From assembly GCF_964355755.1 (NCBI RefSeq), contig NC_092674.1, positions 11,780,001 through 11,844,000 on the forward strand: 64,000 nucleotides of DNA. Direction: 5' to 3'. The translations under genes and the position numbers were made by a program. The notes under the pieces are model-generated. The model did not search any database, had not been told where the DNA came from, and saw only the letters and a program-made list of their open reading frames with translations. The first letter of the stretch is position 1. Every line of letters starts with the position of its first letter. The stretch is from Antedon mediterranea. Lineage: Eukaryota; Animalia; Echinodermata. Below are positions 39,396-51,096 of this stretch, one piece after another.

Positions 39396-39467
39396 GACCC
39401 AGTGGTCTAACGGTTAGGACATCTGCATATCAAGCAGGCGGTCCGAGTTCGAGTCTCGGTTGGGGCG
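39396..39467 (+). tRNA. tRNA-like cloverleaf, anticodon ATC
   Basis: GACCCAGTGGTCTAACGG...TTGGGGCG followed by TTTTT. Confidence 0.55.
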
Positions 39468-39816
39468 AATTTTTCTCATTCTCACAGATTTCCTCATCTT
39501 TATCGTTTCAAATTAATTAATTAAATTTCAGTATATTACCGGGCGGTTTAGAATTAATGTTCTATGCCTGATTTGCCTACTGTGTTTATATATATAAAAG
39601 TATCTATTCGGAGATCCCGCCTCGTGAAAAAAAATACTGTAAGATGAGGGCGTATCAATTTGATCTCTGTTGCGCGTGTGTACAACTGAGGACTAGTGCT
39701 GTTCCGCCGTACCACGCCGAGAATGTTAAAGAGTCGCTATTCAATCGAGTTTGAACAATACCATGAAAGCCCCAGTGGTCTAATGGTTAGGACATCTGCA
39801 TATCAAGCAGGCGGTC

Positions 39817-41915
39817 TGTTGAACCCACAAATGTGAAAACGCCCACAAATGTGAAAACAACCACAAATGTGAAAACGCATCACCCACAAATGTGAAAACA
39901 ACCACAAATGTGAAAACGCATCACCCACAAATGTGAAAACAACCACAAATGTGAAAACGCATCAACCACAAATGTGAAAACAGCGCCCACAAATGTGAAA
40001 ACGATCATCGCCCACAAATGTGATAACGCCCACAAATGTAAAAACAAGAGAGACTTTTTCGCCCACAAATGTAAAAAAATCAGATCAAATTTTATGCTAG
40101 ATTCAGACAAACATTATATCATGATTGTATTGTGTTGTTTGTTCACGATACGTCTGTTAGGGTCGTGGTTAACACGTTGGATTATTATCATTTTCTGCTC
40201 GTGCGCGCGATATTTGCACGTTAACTCGTTTGTTTAATGAACGTAATAGTTCAAGACGATATTTGTTATTTGCTGCGCGCGTGCACGATACTTCAAGGTC
40301 AAGGCCATGTTATATCATTGTTGCTTCTACTGTGTGGTTAGTTATAAGTCGATGTTCGATATTTTTTTTTTGCGCGCACACGATACAACAAGGTCAAGGT
40401 TAAATTGCTACTTGTATGTAGTGTGTGGTTATTAACTCGTTGGCTTACTGTTATGTACGTATAGTTCCAAGTCGATGCTCGATTCGATGTTTTTGGGCGC
40501 GTACACGATACTACAAGGTCATATATCATTGCTGCTTGAAGTGCAGTTGGGCTTACTATATTAGTATTATGTACGTACAGTATTATAGCTCCAAGTCGAT
40601 GCTCGGTGTACACGATACTACAAGATCAATGCTATACTCGTCGTTCAGTTATTGCAGTAGTTCCTAATGTTCAATTTTTTTACAAAACTATCACCACAAG
40701 ATAATAATACAAGAGCTAGAGCAAGAACAACTAATAAAAGAATATTTCTTTATTTTAGAGCGATAAACAAATTGTAACATAGAATAATACCGTAACACCA
40801 ATATCCAACCAAACATAATACACGATACGATAGTATCAAACTTGTCACGAACATGTATTCTATAAAACATACTATGAAATCTATAACAATTATACTAATG
40901 GACAAAACTTCCTACTATAGGCCTACTACTATTTACATTCGTGGTTTAATCTGATGCTTATTGTTTAATTTGTATATCTATTTTTAGCGGATAATTATAA
41001 AGATATACGGAGAATAATATTACCTATTGAATGCATTACTTAATTTAACTGATTTACTATCAAACGTATATTCGACAATTTTTATGTATAATATAATTAT
41101 AAGTAAATAAGTCAACGTACAAGGTATAACGGATTGTTAATGAGGAACAAACTGGCTTCATGAATTACCTAACAAAATATTTAAGGAGGAGTTGCAATGC
41201 GATTAAATAATGTTATCTACTAATAGTAGGCTTACACTTGATTGGAGATGCCTATAACACTAATTGTATGAGCATTAGAAGTCATAACAGTAAGCCAACG
41301 AGTTAATAACCACACACTACATACAAGTAGCAATTTAACCTTGACCTTGTTGTATCGTGTCGTGCGCGCAAAAAAACATCGAATCGAGCATCGACTTGGA
41401 ACTATACGTACATAACAGTAAGCCAACGAGTTAATAACCACACACTACATACAAGTAGCAATTTAACCTTGACCTTGTTGTATCGTGTGCGCGCAAAAAA
41501 AAAATTATAATAATCCAACGCGTTAACCACGACCCTAACAGACGTATCGTGAACAAACAATTATTGAAACAACTCAATACAATCATGATATAATGTAGTA
41601 CCTCGATCAAAATTGTTTGAGTCTATAGCATTAAATTTCATCTGATTTTTTTTTTTTTACATTTGTGGCCGAAAAATTCTCATTTTTTTTTACATTTGTG
41701 GGCGTTATCACATTTGTGGGCGATGATCGTTTTCACATTTGTGGGCGCTGTTTATTACATTTGTGGTTGATGCGTTTTCACATTTGTGGTTGTTTTCACA
41801 TTTGTGGGTGATGCGTTTTCACATTTGTGGTTGTTTTCACATTTGTGGGTGATGCGTTTTCACATTTGTGGTTGTTTTCACATTTGTGGGCGTTTTTACA
41901 TTTGTGGGTTCAACA
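39817..41915. mobile_element. Foldback-type non-autonomous DNA transposon with TGT...ACA ends and a 5-bp TSD (Ginger2/TDD-like, tentative)
   Basis: CGGTC|TGTTGAACCCACAAATGTG ... ACATTTGTGGGTTCAACA|CGGTC. The imperfect inverted arms are about 600 bp and carry about 12 subterminal CCACAAATGT repeats each. Confidence 0.88.
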
Positions 41916-42235
41916 CGGTCCGAGTTCGAGTCTCGGTTGGGGCGACTTTTTCTCATTCTCACAGATTTCCTCATCTTTATCGTTTCAAATTAATTAATTA
42001 AATTTCAGTATATCACCGGGCGGTTTAGAATTAATGTTCTTTGCCTACTGTGTTTATATATATAAAAGTATCTCTTCGGAGATCCCACCTCGTGAATAAA
42101 AATACTGTAAGATGAGGGCTATCAATTTGATCTCTGTTGCGCGTGTGTACAACTGAGGACTAGTGCTGTTCCGCCGTACCACGCCGAGAATGTTAAATAG
42201 TCGCTATCCAATCGAGTTCGAACAATACCATGAAA

Positions 42236-42307
42236 GCCCCAGTGGTCTAATGGTTAGGACATCTGCATATCAAGCAGGCGGTCCGAGTTCGAGTCTCGGT
42301 TGGGGTG
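42236..42307 (+). tRNA. tRNA-like cloverleaf, anticodon ATC
   Basis: Consensus except for a G-U first pair; TTTTT follows. Confidence 0.62.
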
Positions 42308-42414
42308 ACTTTTTCTCATTCTCACAGATTTCCTCATCTTTATCGTTTCAAATTAATTAATTAAATTTCAGTATATCACCGGGCGATTTAGAATTAATGT
42401 TCTGTGCCTGATGT

Positions 42415-42416
<2 letters not shown>

Positions 42417-42476
<60 letters not shown>
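42417..42476. repeat. (TA)n microsatellite
   Basis: Direct observation. Confidence 0.95.
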
Positions 42477-42478
<2 letters not shown>

Positions 42479-42495
42479 AATTAATTAATTAATTT

Positions 42496-44442
42496 GTGGA
42501 GCTTTGTGAATTTGAAGAGCTTTGTGAATTTGAAGAAAAAATGTTAAATCTTGTCAGAAATGTTCAATTCAAGAATTGCAACAGCGAATTCCAAGATAAA
42601 TTGCTAGAAGATGTCAACAAAATCAAAAAAGACAACAAGCTAATAATACCCGCCGACAAAACAACGAATTTTTATCGAGTCGATACCCCAGTATACAACA
42701 ATCTACTCAACAACAATGTTACAAAATCTTATAAGAAGACGAACAAAAGCACAACTTCTAAATTAGCCAGAGATGAATATAAAACCGCCGCAAAACTAAA
42801 ATTGGAAAGCAGAATCGAGCGTTTAGCCGAGAAGGAAGCTTTTATAACACTAAAAGACCACAAACCCAACTTCGAGAACAACCCGACATGTAGATTGATC
42901 AACCCATCGAAATCAGAAATTGGCATCGTAAGTAAACAAATCCTTGAAAGAATAAATAAGAAAATAATAGCGTCTACAGGATTAAATCAATGGAAGAACA
43001 CTAATTCTGTTATCGAATGGTATAAGAACATTCAAAACAAGGATAAGCACTCGTTTATTTGCTTCGACATAGTTGATTTCTACCCGTCAATAACCAGTGA
43101 CCTACTTAAAAAAGCCCTTGAATTCGCCTCCGAGTTTGAAGCAATCTCCGATGAAGAAACAAATATTATTATCCAAGCGAAAAAGTCACTCCTTTTCCAT
43201 GATAACGCTACATGGTGCAAAAAAGGAACTGAAAACCAACCTGTGTTTGACGTCACAATGGGAAGCTTTGATGGTGCTGAAACCTGTGAAATCGTAGGTA
43301 CATATCTTTTGTCGCAACTGTCTAACAAATATGGCAACCAAATTGGTCTATACCGCGACGATGGCCTAGCCGCGTTTCGCGAATCAGCCAAAACGATTGA
43401 GCTAATCAAGAAAGATATTTGTAAGGTTTTTCAGGAGAACAACCTCAAGCTAACAATTGAAGCTAACAAGAAAATAGTCAATTATTTGGATGTAACGTTC
43501 GACCTAAGGACAGGGATCTTCCGACCTTTCACTAAGCCTAATAACAAACCAACCTACGTGCACCATGACAGCAACCATCCTCCATCTATTATCCGAAACA
43601 TCCCACTTGCTATAAATAGACGCCTTTCTGACATCTCATCAGACAAAGATACATTTCATGCATCTGCACCCCTATACCAGGAAGCCCTCAAAGAAAGTGG
43701 ATACAATCATCAACTTGAGTTCAATGCTGAACAGCAGAAGCCCAAAAAATCACGTACCAGAAACATAATTTGGTTTAACCCACCATTCAGCAAAAACGTA
43801 GCAACCAACATCGGCCACAAGTTTTTAGCTATAGTAGAAGATTGTTTTCCTGCCGGCAACAAGCTCAGAAAAATATTTAACAAAAATATCTTGAAACTAA
43901 GCTATAGTTGCATGCCCAGCGTAGACAAAGTAATTAACGCACACAACAAATATGTGATAGCCAAAGAAAAGTCTACTGAAACCAACGCGAAAACAAGCGG
44001 ATGTAACTGCCGCAATCCCAATGAATGCCCGCTCCCAAGTAACTGCCTAACAAAAGGTGTAGTTTACCAAGCTACAGTAAAGAGAGAAGATTCATCAAAA
44101 GAAGAAACATATGTCGGACTAACTGAAAACCAATTTAAAACAAGATACAGAAACCATACGTCTTCATTCCGGAACGAAAAACTAAGAAATGCAACGGAAC
44201 TCAGTAAATATATATGGACACTTAAAGACTCTAAAACAAATTACTCAATTAAATGGAAAATTATAAAGAAATGCAAACCTTACTCAAATATTAACAAAAG
44301 ATGTAATTTATGTATATATGAAAAGTATGTTATTATATGTCAACCAGAGCTATGCTCACTGAACCGTAAGAACGAGTTAGTCTCTACTTGTAGACATAGG
44401 AAAAAATTCTTACTAAATTGCAGATCCAAACAGTTTATCTAA
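42496..44442 (+). CDS. Penelope-like element ORF: RT plus C-terminal GIY-YIG endonuclease (probably Hydra clade; uninterrupted but likely 5'-truncated)
   Basis: RT motifs FDIVDFYPSI, MGSFDGAETC and GLYRDDGL. Further motifs SNHPP and RNIIWFNPPFS, linker CNCRNPNEC (CxCx5C), GVVY...TYVGLT...FKTRYRNH, IKWKII, CNLC and the terminal CRH. Confidence 0.93.
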   Translation: MELCEFEELCEFEEKMLNLVRNVQFKNCNSEFQDKLLEDVNKIKKDNKLIIPADKTTNFYRVDTPVYNNLLNNNVTKSYKKTNKSTTSKLARDEYKTAAKLKLESRIERLAEKEAFITLKDHKPNFENNPTCRLINPSKSEIGIVSKQILERINKKIIASTGLNQWKNTNSVIEWYKNIQNKDKHSFICFDIVDFYPSITSDLLKKALEFASEFEAISDEETNIIIQAKKSLLFHDNATWCKKGTENQPVFDVTMGSFDGAETCEIVGTYLLSQLSNKYGNQIGLYRDDGLAAFRESAKTIELIKKDICKVFQENNLKLTIEANKKIVNYLDVTFDLRTGIFRPFTKPNNKPTYVHHDSNHPPSIIRNIPLAINRRLSDISSDKDTFHASAPLYQEALKESGYNHQLEFNAEQQKPKKSRTRNIIWFNPPFSKNVATNIGHKFLAIVEDCFPAGNKLRKIFNKNILKLSYSCMPSVDKVINAHNKYVIAKEKSTETNAKTSGCNCRNPNECPLPSNCLTKGVVYQATVKREDSSKEETYVGLTENQFKTRYRNHTSSFRNEKLRNATELSKYIWTLKDSKTNYSIKWKIIKKCKPYSNINKRCNLCIYEKYVIICQPELCSLNRKNELVSTCRHRKKFLLNCRSKQFI

Positions 44443-44526
44443 AACAATAGGCTATTGTATACGACTTCCCGATGACTCACTTCTATTAAGCACTATGAGA
44501 CAACTGTGTCACTTATGTTTTATATT

Positions 44527-44582
44527 TCACCTGAAGAGTGCGGCCAGCTACATGCTGGTCGTACGAAACAAATTTGTAGTGA
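44527..44582 (+). ncRNA. Type I hammerhead ribozyme (CUGAAGA core, 11-bp helix II)
   Basis: TCAC-CTGAAGA-GTGCGGCCAGC-TACAT-GCTGGTCGTAC-GAAA-CAAATTTG-TA-GTGA, with palindromic helix III ACAAATTTGT. Cleavage is predicted after 44578. Confidence 0.88.
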
Positions 44583-44682
44583 TTAAAACAATGAAGTAAC
44601 CAAGTTTTCTGCTGTTATTTTATTTATTTATGCTCTACCTTGGTATTGAGCACTCTATCCAAACGGTCTGAAAATCTCAACC

Positions 44683-45059
<377 letters not shown>

Positions 45060-46059
45060 CCTATATAACAGGGACAAGATGTACAATGAAGTAAAAAAAA
45101 AACTATGTGCGTTGTATAACAAGCCACGTGTGGTATACTATTTGGAACCAAAAAAAAAAATGTCTATCCAGCAATTGATGTTGCTGTGGATGACTTTACA
45201 TGTGGATCCCCAATAGTCCCTACCATTCATCCACTGTATAAGAAGGTAAATATAGTATAGAGTAGATCGTCAAACACAAAAACAATCTGCGCCTCTAAAA
45301 ATTCTCATAAAATAGTATTTATTTCTATACTTAATTGTTGATCTACATGAAAATTTTGGTTCAAGTAGTCTTAAATTGAATTGTTCTCCATTTTGATCAC
45401 CTTGTGCTTAAACATATTCTTTTCTTTATTCTTTATTCTTTATATCAAACCAACAGTGTAAAACACCAATAACAGGTTGAAAAAAAAAACTAAACTATAA
45501 AATATGAGCCAATATAAATATATACAAATGAAAAAGAAAATTTAAATAATTTCAATAATTTCAATAGTTTCATTATTTTCAGTAAAAGTTAGCAGTTACT
45601 ACTATGTTTCTTTACAGGTGTTTGTCCGCAGAGGTTTCACGTGTGCAAACCATGTTGAGTTTTCATTTTATTCTGATGGAGTTGGTTGACTGCTCAACTA
45701 CGGAAATCCTAATATATTCTAATTTTTGAAGGAAATATTCTTTGTGTCAATTTTATTACTTTTACTATTGGTATAGATTTGTTTGCATTCAGAGAAAACA
45801 GACTGTACAAAATAATAATAATAATATACTGAATTTAAAGTACCTAATGTTGTGAAACAAACACGATCAAATGATGCATTAGTCCCATACAATACTTTGT
45901 TCTACAGATTGGTATTACGATTTCTAACACGAAGTAAATTCATACATTCATATTCCAGGCAATGCTGCCTGCTTTTAATTATAATTATCTTTAGGCCACA
46001 GGCACATAGTTTCACAAACATATTACAGTACATACCGGTATGTGGATTCTCTTATTTAA

Positions 46060-46404
46060 AGATGTATTGTCCACCTGAAAAAATGATTCTTAACAAAAAA
46101 TGTGTTGAATTTTCCATTTTAATGTAACATAATAGTTATCCACTTTGACCAAAATTGGATCGAAAAAAAATGTATTTATCTAAAATAAAATGTAATTTAA
46201 AGCAAAAAATGGTCAAATTTCTGCCAGCCAATTAATTTTTGGTTGAATTTAAACATTTATTTTGTCATTTTGTAAGTGAAAACATTATTTTTGTTTCGGT
46301 TTTTTTATGTAAGTGATTAACTTTATTATAACTACAAAACAACATATTCAAAATCTGATTAAATTAATCTTCATTTTTTTATGTTTTTTGGGGACAATAC
46401 ATCT
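46060..46404. mobile_element. TTAA-flanked MITE (Kolobok-like)
   Basis: TTAA|AGATGTATTGTCC ... GGACAATACATCT|TTAA. Confidence 0.8.
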
Positions 46405-47808
46405 TTAACGATGAAAATAATTAATGCTTATACAGGTTGACGTAAGCATATTATTTGTTAGTAATTTAGAAAAAGAGGAATTTCAAGGTTTTCCATTCTG
46501 TCTTATAAGCCAGAAGACAAACGTGATGTGCCTACTCGTCATTCAATGACTGATCATTAATGTTTACATTACAATACAATACTCACATAGATATATTGAA
46601 TTCTTCTACAATACACCGGCGCCATTGCAAAGTTACGTGAAGACTGTAGAAATAAACATTGGATATTTACAAAAATACCTCATCAACAAAATAAACGAAT
46701 ATATACCTATTTTGTATCATATTATTATATTAAATTGACAATAAAATATTTAGGCTAAATGTTACCCCTAAAATCGAAAATACAGTGGTCTCATTACCTT
46801 TATCTTTAGGCCAAGTATACCTGGTGTGTATTAACCATACGACATAATAAGTTTCGTCAGTCGGAACATAGAGATATTATAGTTCACTATAATACCTCTA
46901 TGTTGACTTTGTGCAGTCATGTCTTTCAAATAATGTATTCTTCATTCTTCATTCTATAATATTTTGTTAACTGCTGCAATTGCTATAATCAGTTATTTTT
47001 TTCAAATTCTATGGCTACATTTAAACATTTACATTATTGACTCCACATCACATTTCTTCAATAGTCATTAAATTATCTGAGTACAGTAAGAAAATGTTTA
47101 TACTGTAGTATAGTCATTACCATAGATCCATGAATAGTTATTGGCAACGCAGAATAATTACATTGACAGATTTGGCATTTTCCAAAAAATAATATAAATT
47201 GATCCGTCCCTGCACTAATTACAATATAAAACAAAACAAATAGTTTAAAAAGCTTTATTCAGATACAACAGTATAATAAATAGTGCATAGAAAAACTAGA
47301 ATGTGAATAAGAAAGACAGATTGATAATGTTATTTCTTCTTTCGTATCAACCTGTTTATAAATAGGGAGAGTCGTAACAGAATTAAATTAAATATTATTA
47401 TACTACTAAAATATACTTCGAAAGGCTGTTCTGAACTTAAAAGGTCCAGTGTACTGTCCATGTGGCTCATGTTAACCCAGTTCATCTGGGGTTACGCTAG
47501 TGTATTGGTCCATCTCAGCCCATGTCCCTGTGGACAGCTGACGAACGAGCGCCGCTTGGTGGAAACAAATTCGTCTTGTGGAAAATTGACTTTAGGGGAG
47601 AAGAAAGTTGCTGCATGTGTCGTCCACACCTGTGCACAAGTCGCAGGCTATTCACTCAACAATCGTTGTATTAAGTCAAATAACATGCTAAAAACACGTA
47701 GTCTTGTTTGCCTTGATATGTTCTCATTTGCCAATACAGATACCATTATTATTAAACATGGACATTCTATTATGAAGTTCAGGCGTAATTACATAGCTAA
47801 ATTCTAAA

Positions 47809-48352
47809 TTAAGTATTTCTTATATTACCCTTTCTCGTCAGTCTTTTCTTTTTACGTTTTTTCTTTAATTTATTATTTACCGAAAGATTATGCTGCTGTT
47901 TAGATAATAAGATATTGCTTTGTAGATTATTACTTTGTTTATATTCATTCAAAGCAGGCCAATGTTCAAGACTTAAATTTTCTTCGGTAATATTGCTTAA
48001 CGGCTTATATCCTTTAACTCTAGTTTTATTCCTTTTACCTTGTTTTTTTAATATTTGACGATTTACACCATGTTGATCTGTTACCATTTTCCGATGTTGA
48101 CTTAACTCTTTTCTTTTGGAGTTAAACTTGTCCAAAAACGGAGTATGTAAAGTTCCATTTTCCTTCTTAACTTTCTTTGGCCACACAGGATGTCTAAAAG
48201 TAATGTTTTTGTAGGTTGACCACCGACGAAAAATTGCCTTCTCAGTGATGAAGAGATGGCCACCCCGTTGTTTATTTTCACTCTTATTATAATAGGTACA
48301 TTCTGATATTGTCTTATCGTAATAGTGATATGGGACCCGAGTATTCGTAGAA
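47809..48352 (-). CDS. ST6GALNAC: ST6GalNAc3/4/5/6-type sialyltransferase (GT29), terminal exon with motifs III and VS and a long basic tail
   Basis: Acceptor tcttatag; VPYHYY, GGHLFITEKAIF, FRHPVW. The phase matches the previous exon. Confidence 0.9.
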
Positions 48353-49098
48353 CTATAAGATATCAAAATAAATAATAATGATTATTATTAATATTGAGTT
48401 TCTACGCGTGTTTTGAAGTGGTGAAGTGCATTAAGGCAGTTTGGGCAACCGCCGTATCCGTATACGTATGGGTAAAACGTGTGTACTACGTCACACATTC
48501 TATGTAGCTTGACATCATATACCCTACGCACATGAAACCGATTTTCGATGCCTTCGACGTGCGGATTGCATTCCACACGTTTATTCATTGAACATTTATT
48601 TGTTAAACGTGGCACAGTAGGATTACATTTTCTACCAGCAACACTTAAGCATAAATTATTCAAGAAATTTTTGATTTAAAAATGTTCCAAGAAAATGAAA
48701 ACAAAAAATTTGGGCTAGGCTTACATACCTTTAGCCTTGTAACGATACGTAAAATGATTTTGTCCAAATGAAAAAAGCTATAAATTATATATTTATTTGT
48801 TATTTACGTGTTGTGACACTGATAGGTATTCGTATACGTGCGTTTGCCCAAACTCTCTAGCAATAATATTATTGGGTACGTATGCAGATATCTGTGAATG
48901 GATGGAAAGAAAATGGCCCTATAAAGACTTTCGTCTTCGAAGCAACACAGCTAACATTGGAACGTAATACATCAACACTTTTTAGTATAGTTCATAATCT
49001 TATTGTGTCAACATTGTTATTTTAATAGTGATTAGAAGTATAATGGACAAGTGTTAAAACACTTCTAGATTATGAACTTATCAGTCTCGGTGTGTTAC

Positions 49099-49206
49099 CT
49101 GCAAAAATCTTCATATGCCATCCCGTATACAGTTATACTAGGGCAGAATTCCATAGCATGCACCATTGTATACCATCCGGTTGTCAACATTGTGCTTACC
49201 TCTTTT
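49099..49206 (-). CDS. ST6GALNAC: ST6GalNAc-type sialyltransferase exon, sialylmotif S (absent from the ORF track)
   Basis: aacag|...KEVSTMLTTGWYTMVHAMEFCPSITVYGMAYEDFC...|gtaac; 108 nt, phase 2/2. Confidence 0.9.
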
Positions 49207-49819
49207 CTGTTAAATTATAATACATAACATTATCTATAAGATTATTTTGAAGGTTGATTGTAAGCAACCTTTGAAATTCAAACGAGATAGGTTTTATTTT
49301 TTTTAAGTAATTTTTAATAAATAAAATAATAAATAAAGCAGTAATATGAAAACGTATGATCGATAATAGATTATCTTACTACACGATTAATTAGAAATAA
49401 TTTAAAATAAGCCGATACCACAAAACAATAACAACAGGCCTATACCGAAAATGCACTGGTAAGACATTACATATAACCTGTTATATTAACCTGCGATTTT
49501 AACCCCAATAATAACAATCCCGGTAGTACTGAGCAAATTATTTCTAAAATCTACCAAAAACATAAAATTATGACGTGATCATTAGAATTAGATAATATAA
49601 GATCTACTGTATATATTAAAACAATTTTTTTTCGATTATGAAACACTAACACGGTCCTGATAACAAAACAAACACATATACCCACAAACCCCCAAATTCA
49701 AAGGAGTTTTTTGAGTTACAGGCCAACACCAATTAAATTAGTTTTGTTTTTAAGAAGCCTAATGTTTTTGTATTAAAGTATTGAAGTAAACGCACACATA
49801 AAATATGTTATTATGTTAC

Positions 49820-50247
49820 CTTGTATAACCAGTTTGGTTTTTAAAGAGGTCCTCGGCTAACACCATTCGGTCTGGTAGAGATGAGTATATTGGAACATCT
49901 TTGTAAATGTTTGCTAGAAGAAATGCGTAGCGGTATTCTTCATTGGTTAGCTTAGGAACCTGTTTGATTATATTCATCCAACTGATAATAATCATTTCTG
50001 TCCGTGTTTTTTTGTTTACAAGTACCTCTCGTAGCACACTCCTTTTGCTTAGACCTTTGTTAATGTTCCGATGGCCAACGACTCGTATAGTCGTGCGAGT
50101 GCCAACATCATGTTCAAAGCCAACCACAGAGGCTAGATTCATTCGTATGACACAGTGGTGTTGATCAATCTCTCTTCCAGCGTTTGATCCTAATAAATGA
50201 CCAGAGCTTGCCACAACAGCACAGTCATTGCACGTAAGATGGAGTTT
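49820..50247 (-). CDS. ST6GALNAC: ST6GalNAc-type sialyltransferase exon, sialylmotif L
   Basis: [53 protein letters not shown], with AG/GT boundaries. Confidence 0.92.
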
Positions 50248-50335
50248 CTTAAAAAATTATTATTTATAATAAATTGTTTATAAAAAGAAAATGCATTTAT
50301 GTTTTTAATAAATTATTTCAGATGAAATAACAAGC

Positions 50336-50728
50336 ACAGTAGACTGAATCCCTATTAAGAAGACACATTCGGGACACAACAAATTGTCCCCTTAATATGG
50401 GTTTTTGTGAGAAACATAGGCCTATATACCAAAATTAACAATTTCAGAAATTGAGAAGTTTTGTATTAATAATATAAATGTATATAATTATTTTGTATTT
50501 TATGTTGTTTTTGAGTTAAAATAAATAATTATTTTGATTTGATTTGATTGAATCAACCAATTGGCACACTCAAACATGTCCTTGTCCCGTTAATATGGGT
50601 GTCCCCTGAGTTAGGGAGTTCACTTTAGATTAGATTAGATTGATGTATTGCCCCTCGTTTGACATGAAAGTGCCCCTTTATAGGGGTGCCCGCTAAACAG
50701 GGGTGTCCCAAAATAGGGATTCTACTGT
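50336..50728. mobile_element. Tc1/mariner-pogo-like MITE in an intron
   Basis: cagtag..aatccctatt ... aatagggattctactg|ta, with internal gtcccc repeats. Confidence 0.5.
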
Positions 50729-50868
50729 ATTTATTTGCTAACGACATTGATTTTTTCTATGCAATTAAAATGTGAAATTGTGAATGCTTTTAATTTTCCT
50801 TTCTTTCCTTTGTGGGTTCATTTTTATAATCTGTAAAAGATTGGTATTGTTACATAAAATAATAATAC

Positions 50869-51096
50869 CTTGTTGGTTGCCAGGCTAACGTATCCAGGAA
50901 ATAGACCAACGTCGTCATCATCATCCGCCCTGAATGTGATTGGTTGTCTTGATGTTGGATACAAAACGCCACGTTTTGGTATTGGCGTTGTATTTCTAAT
51001 TGTTCGTTTGATAGTGGTGTTACCAAATTTGAAGATGAGCACGAAAGTTAACACGCAGGAGTAAATAATTGTCAGCCAGAATGCCTTTGAAATATT
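50869..51096 (-). CDS. ST6GALNAC: ST6GalNAc-type sialyltransferase exon, signal anchor and stem
   Basis: ctag|NISKAFWLTIIYSCVLTFVLIF...GYVSLATNK|gtatt; 228 nt, phase 0/0. The ATG exon was not located. Confidence 0.78.

Larger units (their letters stand above)
39396..42420 (+). repeat. Tandem array of the tRNA-containing unit, right (inverted) arm, interrupted by a foldback transposon
   Basis: Cores at 39396-39467, 39769-39816 plus 41921-41944 (split), and 42236-42307. Confidence 0.93.

Noticed and set aside
39825-40075. CRISPR-like short repeats (CCACAAATGTGAAAA)
   Set aside because: The spacers are only a few bases long, the block is mirrored at 41660-41910 as transposon subterminal repeats, the context is eukaryotic, and there are no cas genes.
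42262-42278. Reading the anticodon loop as UCA (Sec or opal suppressor)
   Set aside because: The 5-bp stem fixes a 7-nt loop ATATCAA with ATC central. There is no long variable arm or 9/4 fold, and the PLE ORF has no in-frame TGA.
42150-42310. Hammerhead-like CTGAGGA...GAAA placed so that the tRNA acceptor stem would form helix III
   Set aside because: The base after the stem is G instead of the required U of NUH, no helix I partner exists, and helix II would close on a mismatch.
42163-42360. Repeated 65-aa ORF MLFRRTTPRMLKSRYPIEFEQ... (8 copies) as a peptide gene family
   Set aside because: It starts at GTG, overlaps the tRNA cloverleaf, and the substitutions show no codon pattern. It recurs only because the DNA unit repeats.
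48388-48663. 91-aa Cys-containing ORF between sialyltransferase exons
   Set aside because: It has no sialylmotif, and exons 49099-49206 and 47809-48352 join in frame without it.
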